The position numbers and the translations under genes were made by a program. A stretch of 9,002 bases of DNA from Octopus sinensis (Eukaryota). The first letter of the stretch is position 1, and each line of letters opens with the position of its first letter. Location: assembly GCF_006345805.1 (NCBI RefSeq), contig NW_021828178.1, positions 1 through 9,002 of the forward strand, given 5' to 3'. Under the pieces are notes generated by a model. The model searched no databases. It worked only from the letters and a program-made list of their open reading frames with translations, and had not been told where the DNA came from. Of the stretch, positions 1-7,789 are shown piece by piece.

Positions 1-125
1 TCTTGTGCACGTTTGTTTTCATTAAGCGAACGTCCCTGACCTTTGTCTGACCTCACCGTTCCGCTTTTGGAAACGTCATCAACTGGAATCGAAGAATTCC
101 CTTGCTCGCTGTCATGCTCAGTGTT
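1..125 (-). CDS. Putative host-gene coding exon (5' part only, runs off the window edge); product unknown
   Basis: On the minus strand a long pyrimidine tract (complement of 156-197) leads to gtttgtttatttatacAG (AG = 127-126). Phase 0 is then open to the edge: NTEHDSEQGNSSIPVDDVSKSGTVRSDKGQGRSLNENKRAQ. The other two frames contain stops. No recognisable domain. Confidence 0.55.
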
Positions 126-324
126 CTGTATAAATAAACAAACGCGCGACCCGACAAGGGAAAGAGAGAGATGGGGGGGGGGCGGAGGGAGAGAGAGTTG
201 GCTATGTCTGTACATGGTCATCCGACCTTCTTAGAAATAGCAGACACTCTCTCTGAAACTACGTCCTACAGCAGGTCCGTGGATCCTGCAAGCTTAAACT
301 TCACCCACCCTCGGGTGGCCTTTG

Positions 325-341
325 AATAATAATAATAATAA

Positions 342-431
<90 letters not shown>

Positions 432-539
432 GTAGTAGTAGTAGTAGGTAGTAGTAGTAGTAGTAGTAGTAGTAGTAATAATAATAATAGTAGTAGTAAT
501 AATAATAATAATAATAATAATAGTAATAATAATAATAAT
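325..539. repeat. Compound (AAT)n/(TAG)n microsatellite, probably the expanded (ATT)n tail of the adjacent retroposon
   Basis: Directly visible trinucleotide arrays abutting the element end at 540. Confidence 0.95.
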
Positions 540-900
540 TGCCCTGATGCAGTACCAGGCAGTGGCTCTCATGGCTTCTGATCTTAACTGATTGGAAGTG
601 TTATCATGTACATTGTTTTGTCTTGGTATAAAAGATGGGCTACAGCAAATATTCTGCTCAATACCACAGATTTGCTTATGAGTTGTTTGACTTTAACCAG
701 TTGAGCATGTCCCTTAGTGGCTGACGATATGTGCATCTCTGATCACGAGCAGAAGTAGTGGGGGAGCATCATGGCCATGTGTTGAGAGGGATTCTTTGGA
801 GTTTGGATAGTTCACCTCTGGAAACATGGGTGGTTCGTTCAACATCCTTAAACAATCCTTATTCATTTGAGCGGGATGGGCCACTCGACCAGAAGAAAAT
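540..900 (-). mobile_element. 5'-truncated non-LTR retroposon (SINE or LINE 3' end) with (ATT)n tail
   Basis: The minus strand ends ...gagccactgcctggtactgcatcagggc followed by (att)n, a typical retroposon 3' architecture. I recall the body as an abundant octopus repeat (unverified). Family not assigned. Confidence 0.6.
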
Positions 901-1672
901 TCGGATCTTTTCACTTTGACTGGCAGATTTTTTAAATAATTTCTTTGTAACTAAACACTTTTAAACTTCGTATACTGGTAGAATGTGTTACATAAAACAT
1001 CCTTTTCTCTTGGCTTTCTTGAGAAAATTCTGTAGTTTGTAAGCTAGTTGTTGTTTAATTTCTTGCTTTTCGGCAATTTCAACCAATCAATGACGTCTAT
1101 TGAGGTGAATAGTTTACAAATGTTGGGTAATTTTAGCCAGTCGAAAGCCAGAGACATATAGGTGCCTGTTTCTATAGTAACAAGCCACGCGGTCATTTTT
1201 AGCTTATTAAATGGTAGTCCTGAAAGGTGCTAAAAATAACAGCTAAACAAGTCTTACAGCATGCGCCAAAACATTTTTCTTGTATTAGCATAATCGTATG
1301 AATTCTCGTATGTAGATTACAAATTCGCAAAAATTTCCCGAAAATTCCCCAAAATAAACAAGTAAAGCAGAATTCCGCCAATATTTAATTTGCTTACAGT
1401 TAACAACACGTGCAGTCCCGCACAAAATGACAACTTCCAAGTCCTGTTTTCTGATTGGGTAAAAATGACCAAACTTTAAACTTCTAAATTTTTGAAAAAA
1501 ATTTCCGAAAAAAGTTAAACATCCTACCGAGATTCAGCGTGGAAAATTACACCAATACACAAAATTTTTCAACTTTTAATAAACTTTAAAACAGCCAAAG
1601 AGAAAAAATCCAACGGGATCTTTGATAATATGCAGTGCCGTCCAGTTTGGTGGGGGGGGGTTGTAACTTTTA
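901..1672. mobile_element. Unclassified AT-rich interspersed repeat fragment(s), possibly DNA-transposon derived
   Basis: Sharp boundaries (cggatcttttcactttgactggcag at 902; ggggttgtaactttt running into (TA)n at ~1672). Short inverted motifs inside: accaatca ~1082 vs tgattgg ~1452, and ttttctcttggct ~1003 vs agccaaagagaaaa ~1593. No matched terminal inverted repeats or TSD found. Confidence 0.35.
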
Positions 1673-1823
1673 ATATATATATGCGCATATGTATATAGGT
1701 TTATGTATATATATATATATATATAATTATATATATATATAATATATATAATCATATTTATATATATTATATATATATATACATAAACCTATATACATAT
1801 GCGCATATATATATTAAAAGTTA
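1664..1823. repeat. Perfect 56-bp inverted repeat (fold-back) in an (AT)n tract
   Basis: 1664-1719 (taacttttaatatatatatgcgcatatgtatataggtttatgtatatatatatata) is the exact reverse complement of 1768-1823, with a 48-nt AT-rich spacer. Confidence 0.95.
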
Positions 1824-1869
1824 TATATATATATATATATATAATATATATATATATTATATATGCATG

Positions 1870-1904
<35 letters not shown>

Positions 1905-1946
1905 TGTGCGCGTATGTGTGTGTATATATATAATATATATATATAT
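1824..1946. repeat. (AT)n/(GT)n compound microsatellite
   Basis: Directly visible. Confidence 0.95.
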
Positions 1947-2088
1947 TATCTAATTCACTATTGCTTAACCATCTTCTGACATCGTCTCCGATGAAGAGAT
2001 ATAATAAATATCCTAGAAACAGCTGTAAGACCTATTATAAATGTTCTAAAATCTACACAGCCTTGGTTTTTTTTTAATCTCATTACGG

Positions 2089-2090
<2 letters not shown>
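1947..2090 (+). mobile_element. Short Penelope-like (pseudo-LTR-derived) element in (TA)n, carrying a hammerhead motif
   Basis: Flanked by (AT)n on both sides, has a T-rich 3' end, and contains a minimal hammerhead at 1984-2031. Confidence 0.55.
1984..2031 (+). ncRNA. Minimal type I hammerhead ribozyme motif (U4C variant, decayed helix II base)
   Basis: gtct-CCGATGA-aga-gatat-aataa-atatc-cta-GAAA-cagctg-TA-agac. Helix I gtct/agac, helix II gatat/atatc, palindromic helix III ACAGCTGT, GUA cleavage triplet ending at 2027. Confidence 0.65.
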
Positions 2091-2147
<57 letters not shown>

Positions 2148-2153
2148 TATATA
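2091..2153. repeat. (AT)n microsatellite
   Basis: Directly visible. Confidence 0.95.
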
Positions 2154-2340
2154 GGTTAATAAAACACACAACAACAACGCGAGGACGTGGAACAAATATA
2201 TTATTATTGGACGCTCAGGAAAGAAGGAGGGTTTAACGTTTCGAGCGGAGCTCTTCGTCGGAAACATAGGAGAAGGAAAGGTCCAGAGAAGGGAAGACAG
2301 AAGAAAAAAAATCTCCAACGGTACACACGAGGTCACATTT
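2154..2340 (-). mobile_element. Short Penelope-like element in (TA)n, carrying a hammerhead motif
   Basis: Flanked by TA repeats. Shares blocks cgctcagga, acgtttcgagc and gctcttcg with the element at 8360-8480. Hammerhead at 2231-2265. Confidence 0.6.
2231..2265 (-). ncRNA. Minimal type I hammerhead ribozyme motif (U4C variant)
   Basis: Minus strand reads gttt-CCGACGA-a-gagc-tcc-gctc-GAAA-cg-TT-aaac. Helix I gttt/aaac, helix II gagc/gctc, palindromic helix III AACGTT. Predicted cut after GUU, between 2235 and 2234. Confidence 0.75.
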
Positions 2341-2352
2341 TATATAATATAT

Positions 2353-2390
<38 letters not shown>

Positions 2391-2465
2391 AATATGAATA
2401 TATATATATATATATATACATGAGAGAGAGAGGTGGAGAGGGAGAGGGAGGGAGGGAGAGGGGAA
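2341..2465. repeat. (TA)n/(GA)n/(GGGA)n simple repeats
   Basis: Directly visible. Confidence 0.9.
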
Positions 2466-2606
2466 GACTCACATACACTCAGACACACGCACATAAAGGC
2501 TTAGCCATCATTTAAAAGTGCAGCAAGTAGCCGAGGACGTTGAAAGGTTATGTCAATTTTGACAGCAAGATTTACTGCCGAGATTTCAATATAATAATTA
2601 CTGCCG

Positions 2607-2608
<2 letters not shown>

Positions 2609-2661
<53 letters not shown>

Positions 2662-2669
2662 CGTGCGCG
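2609..2669. repeat. (GT)n/(GC) microsatellite
   Basis: Directly visible. Confidence 0.95.
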
Positions 2670-2883
2670 ACGTGTGTAATGTGTGTCTGTCTGTTGTCTG
2701 TGTGAATTACCACCGACCACCCAACCAGCAAGCCTGATGAACTTGAAATACAGTAATAAAGGTTAACGGGTTCGAAAATATATTTTATTATTTTGTGCTA
2801 ATTAAATATCAATAACTTAAGAAAGGCGCTTATCTATTCAGTTGTTTGTTTATATATTGTTGTTGTTTTTTTATGTATTTAAG

Positions 2884-2908
2884 TACAGTCAACCCTCGAT
2901 TTAACGAA
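2884..2908 (+). mobile_element. Orphan pogo/Tigger-like (Tc1-mariner superfamily) TIR
   Basis: TA|CAGTCAACCCTCGATTTAACGAA resembles the TA-CAGT...CCTCG..TAACG termini of pogo-like elements. No partner TIR in the window. Confidence 0.4.
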
Positions 2909-3063
2909 CTAAGAGCAGAGAAAGTTATATCTGGTAACATCGCCAGAACATTTTATTGAAAGTGTTCTGAATTCTTATTTTGTATTGTTCTTAATGTACA
3001 AAAAATGCTTAAAACACCATATATATACATATGTGTGTGTATGTACATATACATATATACATA

Positions 3064-3832
3064 TGTAACGGTTAGGTTTTAATTAGTGTATAGTTACCAA
3101 TTGTAACGAGTAAGATTGATTAGGTGCACAATATTATGAAATGTCGTGGTCAGCAGTTGTAATGACAAAAATTTGTTGTTATAATTGCATACTGTAGGAT
3201 GAGAAAGATGAACAATGCATAAAGTTTTAAGAAAGTGTTACGTTTTAAGAAAGTGTTACCGTTACGTTGAAAAATACCATACCTCGATGGGCAGGTTTTG
3301 ATAAATCCAAAGGCATGTGAAGTAAAGTTTATGTTTGTGTCCTCTTCATTGTTTAGCAGTAATTACAGAGAGAGATAGAATGATGTAAGAGAACAGATTT
3401 AGAGCTAGTGAGAGTTGTAGGGTTGTAGGTGTTGTCTCACAGTTGCTGACAGTAAACTTCATATCTCCCTCTGACCAAGGGTCTAACTGGACAGCCAGAC
3501 TTCGTTCTCATTGAGTCATCACCATGTGACTGGACTCGTTGAGTCGTCACCGACTGATTTTTGCTTGGGGTGTTCTTGCTTTTATAACTATCCAGAAGAA
3601 TAGATATATCATTGAAAACAATAGATTTAGTTGGTGGTCTAGCTTTTGGTGAAGTAGAAGAGGTTAGAAAGGGTCAAGTGGTGAAGATATTATTTCGGCC
3701 TAGCTAAAGGCATCTGGAAAATTAAAAACTGTTGTCAGAGAAAAATCATTGTTTCACCATGGGAAAAGTTCTGTTAATTTAAATTTGGCTATGGTGGATC
3801 GAATCCACTTCATGCTTACAAGATCCACTACA
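3064..3832 (-). mobile_element. Probable solo LTR (769 bp)
   Basis: Begins TGTAACGG and ends CCACTACA (TG...CA, 6/8 terminal inverted match), between TA/CA microsatellite flanks. The minus strand has a TATA+Inr module and ATTAAA near its 3' end (~3078-3083). Internal 18-bp tandem duplication at 3224-3259. No convincing TSD. Confidence 0.55.
3552..3586 (-). promoter_or_regulatory. TATA box plus initiator within the putative LTR
   Basis: Minus strand TATAAAAG (3586-3579) starts 31 nt upstream of the A (3555) of TCAGTC, which matches the TCAKTY initiator at canonical spacing. Confidence 0.45.
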
Positions 3833-3880
3833 TACACATACACAAAAACCGTTAACTTCACTTCAACATTTATATTTAGT

Positions 3881-4260
3881 AAGGCAGCGACGGCGAGCTG
3901 GCAGAGTGGTTAGCACGTCTGCCGTTACGTTCTGAGTTCAAATTTCGCCGAGGTCGACTTTGCCTTTCATCCTTTCGGGGTCGATTAAATAAGTACCAGT
4001 TACGCACAGGGGTCGATACAATCGACTTAATCCGTTTGTCCGTCCTTGTTTATCCTCTCTGTGTTTAGCCCCTCGTGGGTAGTAAAGAAATAGGTATTTC
4101 GTCTGCCGCTACGTTCTGAGTTGAAATTTCGCCGAGGTCGACTTTGCCTTTCATCCTTTCGGGGTCGATAAATTAAGTACTAGTTGTGTACTGTGGTCGA
4201 TGTAATCCACTGTCTCCACCTCACCAAAAAATTTCAGTTCTTGTGCCTAAAGTAGAAAAG
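3881..4260 (+). mobile_element. Dimeric tRNA-derived SINE with diverged target-site duplication
   Basis: A-box-like tggcagagtggttagc (3899-3914) and B-box-like gagttcaaatt (3934-3944). A ~100-bp block from cgtctgccg to ggtcgat, including gcctttcatcctttcggggtcgat, occurs at 3916 and again at 4100 with different 3' tails. Flanks aacatttatatttagt (3865-3880) and aacatttaaatttgat (4261-4276) match 13/16. Confidence 0.85.
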
Positions 4261-4280
4261 AACATTTAAATTTGATTTGT

Positions 4281-4327
4281 ATCAAAATATCTTTTCGTCG
4301 CTTTCAAACCGCGACCTGTTCACCGAG
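4281..4327 (-). ncRNA. Minimal type I hammerhead motif, G3-C8 swapped core (left-arm copy)
   Basis: Minus strand reads tcg-GTGAACA-g-gtcgc-ggtttgaaa-gcgac-GAAA-agatat-TT-tga. Helix I is only 3 bp with one G-U pair. Confidence 0.55.
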
Positions 4328-4328
4328 A

Positions 4329-4373
4329 GTCAGTGAACAGGTCGCGGTTTCAAAGCGACGAAAATATTTTGAC
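4329..4373 (+). ncRNA. Minimal type I hammerhead motif, G3-C8 swapped core (right-arm copy)
   Basis: gtca-GTGAACA-g-gtcgc-ggtttcaaa-gcgac-GAAA-atat-TT-tgac. Helix I gtca/tgac, helix II gtcgc/gcgac, palindromic helix III AAAATATTTT. Predicted cut after 4369. Confidence 0.7.
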
Positions 4374-4460
4374 ACTAATTAAATTTAAACGTTGAAGTGA
4401 ATTTTAAAGTTTTTCTGGCTTTTAAATGGCTTATAATCACCTTCCCCACTGCAATGGTAG

Positions 4461-4539
4461 ATATACATATATATACATATATATATACATATATATATAC
4501 ATATATACATACATACATACATACATACATACATACATA

Positions 4540-4596
<57 letters not shown>

Positions 4597-4716
4597 GTAT
4601 ATACATATACACACACACACACACTCATACATACACACAGACACATTCACTCACACACACACGCGCGCGCGCGCGCACACACACACACACGCCCACACAC
4701 ACACACACACACACAC
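4461..4716. repeat. Compound (TA)n/(TACA)n/(CA)n/(CG)n microsatellite
   Basis: Directly visible; source of several spurious ORFs. Confidence 0.95.
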
Positions 4717-4995
4717 GTTGTGGAGAGCAATTTAAATGTCACCAGAGCTCGAAACCGTGATCCTGCGATCAATTTCGTTTCACAAATCAGTCCAACTGGT
4801 GGTCTGACAGCAACCATAATTAAACAAACTAGCGACAGACAAGTCACGTGATATTAATTAATCCATTCATTTTTGAAGTTGGCTGAAAGTTCTTATGTCC
4901 TTGTCTGACCTATATTCAGGGGTTGTTCACCCGGCAGGATACATCAAGACACAGAACGTCAGCAATATCTGGAGCTCTTTATGTGTATGTACACA

Positions 4996-5077
4996 CGAGG
5001 GGGTACTGAAAAGTTTCTGGCTTTAAGGGTGGCGCGAAAGGTCTGGTTCGAGGCCCAACCTTCCGAGTTCTTTTACA
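4996..5077 (+). mobile_element. Left end (TIR plus subterminal sequence) of a mariner-type non-autonomous element
   Basis: CGAGGGGGTACTGAAAAGTTTCTGGCTTT (4996-5024) has the mariner-like CGAGGG...AAAAGT terminus and matches the reverse complement of 7603-7631 at 22/29. Confidence 0.7.
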
Positions 5078-7463
5078 CCTCGAGCATGAGGGGGAGGTGT
5101 CAAACCCGTGTATCGACAACCTCTCTCGAACCGGCAAGGCCGATCGGTAGCACAACCAAGCCACGGATTTCTGGAAGTTATCCAGATACCTCGGCCCGAA
5201 TGTCCTTCCGAACAAGCTGGTAGCTGTTCCTCATCGAAGCTTAAAGCCTCCCCCAGGACGTCGTCGAACTCATGCTCTACCAACCCTCTATAAAAATCCG
5301 CAGTGTTAGCCCCGCTGCCGGTACTGCTCGCCCGGGAGAACAGAGTGAGTGCCTGTCTGCACTCCTTCAACCATTCTCCCATTGTAGGTCTCCGCTTGAT
5401 CCATACGCCTACGTCCCGTAGAGACGTTAACTGTGGAAAAAGGAACTTGGAATGCGGTGACCACACCTGTTCACCGTCCAGGTAGCACCAGAGATGTCTC
5501 AGCCTCAGCGCATTCTTGCGCATCATCAGCCAAGGCATCCCTAACTCGCCCTTTAACGGTTTCTGGTAGCAGATGAAGCATCTCACAAGTGGTGTCTTCC
5601 CCTTCCACAAAAAGCGGAATAGGATCCGTTCCAGTTTGGTCAGCTACACAAGGCACGACGTTTAAGCGGTAGGTTACCACAGATGCTACAAATACCTGTA
5701 CAACCTCGGCCCTTCCTAGCAAAGATAGCGTCCTCCGAGACCAGGTCTGGGTTATGGCCGTCACCTTGCTCGCAACCTCGCTCCAGTTTTTCTCCATATG
5801 GAAATCTGGTCCGAACCTGACTCCGAGCAATATAACCGGGCCCTCCGTCCAGCGTCCGGCGACGCTGTTGGGAAGCAGCGACTTGCCCCGCCAGGTGCCA
5901 AGTTGCAAGCCGACTGATTTATCCTGGTTAATTTTTGCCCCTGCAACCGATTCGTTTCCTTTGATGGCGTCTTCTACACGAGGTAGCTGCCCTTCATCAG
6001 ACACGATGATGGTGACATTATCCGAATACGTCGTCGCTCCTCTACCATAACATAGATCACTCGGGTCCCCCCCCCCCATAGTCCCCAATCTCCGCAGCAG
6101 TGGCTCAAGAGCCAATACATACAGGAGCGGGGACAGAGGGCAGCCCTGGGAAACTGAACGCTCGATCGCGAAAGGATTCGAGAAGAAACCGTTCACCTGG
6201 GCAACTGATTCGATGATGTTCCTATACATGGCATCGATCCAGCCACGGAAAGTCCAGCCCAGTTCGACCACCCGGAAGACCGCCTCCAGTCTATGGTGTA
6301 GCGAATGAGATGAATTTTATTGTGTATCGTCCTTTCTAGGATGTCATATGTCTGCGACTCTCCCACCAGGTCGCCCACAACAAGCCTCACTCCCTTGGCT
6401 AACACCTTGGCCAAAATCTTTAACTCTGTGTTTAGCAGAGTTATGGGCCGGAAATTATTAATGTTATCCCCATTGTGCGGGTCCTTCCTGATCTGTGTCA
6501 CTACTCCCCGGCTCACAGATCTGGGACTTCTCCCATTCTATTGCCAGTTCGCGTATACACCGGCCAGTATGCTCCCCAACAAGTCTGACATACTTTTATA
6601 AAAATCGTACGTTAGACCATCCAATCCCGGTGACTTATCCCCGGGGTACTCGGAAAGTACCTCTGTAACCTCTGCAGCTCAGCGTCACGTGCCGAGCGAC
6701 GCGGGCCACCGGCCAAGAAATCCCAAAGGGCATCCCTATGGTCCAGCGCCCCGCCCTTCTCGAACAACGCAGCGAAGTGCTCGTGAAAGGCCTTACACTT
6801 CTCTTCCTGTCCTTGTATCTCCTGTCCATGTTCATTTACCACAGACGTTATCGTGGCATCTATGCCAAGTTGGGTTTCTACCGAGCGAGCCCACCCGGCA
6901 ACCTTGATGCCCTCGCGACCCAGTGCACGTTCTTTTGCCCGAACCCTGCATCCTTCGTGTTTGGCATTGAAGTGTTGGTCCAAGGCCAATCTTGCCGCCA
7001 AAACTTGGGGCGCAGAGCCCATTCTCAGCGCCTCTTCTAACGCCTTAACTAGATTCCCTTCTACTCTAGGCTGTTCTAGACTTAATTGTTTGCTAAATCT
7101 AATAGACTAAAGTCGAATGGCTCTTCTGAGGGCACCCTACCACCAGTTATTTAACACAGTACCGGTTAGTGCCCTCATTACTAACTCCTTAGTAATGAGC
7201 CTAAACGAAGTTGTGATGGCGATCGCGAAGAAACAAGTCTGGACAGGAGACAGAGAACAATACGTCTTCCTTGTCTGACTAGGAGATATGACTTTCTCAT
7301 AACCATTCAAGAGAGTAGAGAAGGCCTGCAATTTGTCCAACATGGTCTCTGTAGCAACCATAATATCCATTCTATGTGATCTGAGGTCGTCGAGAAAACA
7401 AGCAAGCTTCCACTTCGAATTCAGGCCACGCACATTTAAACAACCTACACTAAGTGTAGCCAT
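5078..7463 (-). pseudogene. Degenerate ORF2 (APE endonuclease-reverse transcriptase) of a Tx1/L1-clade LINE
   Basis: Collinear motifs across frameshifted ORFs. Endonuclease start: GCLNVRGL..DIMVATET. RT: NFRPITLLNTELKILAKVLA, QVNGFFSNPF..QGCPLSPLLYVLALEP, YSDN in place of YADD (6017-6028), GAKINQDKS. Thumb and downstream: WSRRTLSLLGRA, WKGK, GELGMP, ending at CSRC (start of a Zn motif). Multiple stops and frameshifts. The D..KAFD.V motif is missing near 6289 and most of the endonuclease is missing near 7196-7274. Confidence 0.92.
7196..7274 (+). repeat. 79-bp foreign insert in the LINE, a direct-repeat copy of 8075-8153
   Basis: Ungapped manual alignment with 8075-8153 gives 71/79 identity. 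Confidence 0.92.
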
Positions 7464-7597
7464 GTCAATAAATAAATGAAAAAGGAAAGTTTGGCTTCTT
7501 ACTCTCCTACTACCGACTGACTTCTACAACGACTGACTGTCTGACTTTATAGTGGCTTTGACACGTGCGAAGCGGCGTACCGTTTCACTACAACATT

Positions 7598-7631
7598 TAC
7601 CCATAGCTAGGAACTTTTTAGCACTCCCTAG
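7598..7631 (+). mobile_element. Right TIR of the mariner-type element
   Basis: atagctaggaactttttagcactccctag (7603-7631) is the inverted counterpart of 4996-5024. Flanks are CA and TG rather than intact TA. Confidence 0.7.
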
Positions 7632-7789
7632 TGTGTGTATGAGTGTGTGTGTGTGTGTGTGTGTAAAACTTACTTGGAAAAGGATGCGTAGCGTTCAATC
7701 ATATGATAATATAAATAATATATATATATGCATATGTACATACATGTGTGTACATACTTACATGTATACGTATATACATATGCATATAT
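7632..7789. repeat. (GT)n and degenerate (TA)/(TACA) microsatellites
   Basis: Directly visible, with a short unique spacer at ~7665-7700. Confidence 0.85.

Larger units (their letters stand above)
3844..4414. repeat. Long imperfect palindrome (~85-bp arms, centre 4327-4329) of two inverted hammerhead-bearing units; left arm split by a SINE insertion
   Basis: Joining 3844-3880 to 4277-4326 gives aaaaaccgttaacttcacttcaacattta...tcaaaatatcttttcgtcgctttcaaaccgcgacctgttcaccga. This matches the reverse complement of 4330-4414. Confidence 0.85.

Noticed and set aside
202-270. Possible short diverged fragment of another octopus-type repeat
   Set aside because: Resemblance is from memory only; no structural support in the window.
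281-295. Adjacent BamHI and HindIII sites (ggatcc...aagctt) suggesting vector polylinker
   Set aside because: Spacing and flanks do not match a polylinker; most likely chance.
294-572. ORF with poly-I/T/Y runs, and similar ORFs at 2046-2737, 4375-4851, 7552-7881 and 8212-8430
   Set aside because: Mostly translations of microsatellites that lack stops; no protein-like sequence.
719-755. ctgacga core-like string in the (ATT)n-tailed retroposon
   Set aside because: No GAAA after a stem and no closing helix I.
2733-2756. ctgatga...gaaa hammerhead-like string
   Set aside because: No helix II (actt only) and no helix I complementarity.
3899-3950. tRNA gene
   Set aside because: A and B boxes belong to a SINE head; no cloverleaf can be formed.
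4406-4425. aaagtttttctggcttttaa resembling part of the mariner TIR at 5010-5026
   Set aside because: Low-complexity partial match lacking the CGAGGG terminus; overlaps the palindrome arm.
5471-6271. 266-aa ORF as an active reverse transcriptase
   Set aside because: Catalytic YADD is YSDN, the upstream catalytic Asp motif is deleted, and both sides are frameshifted.
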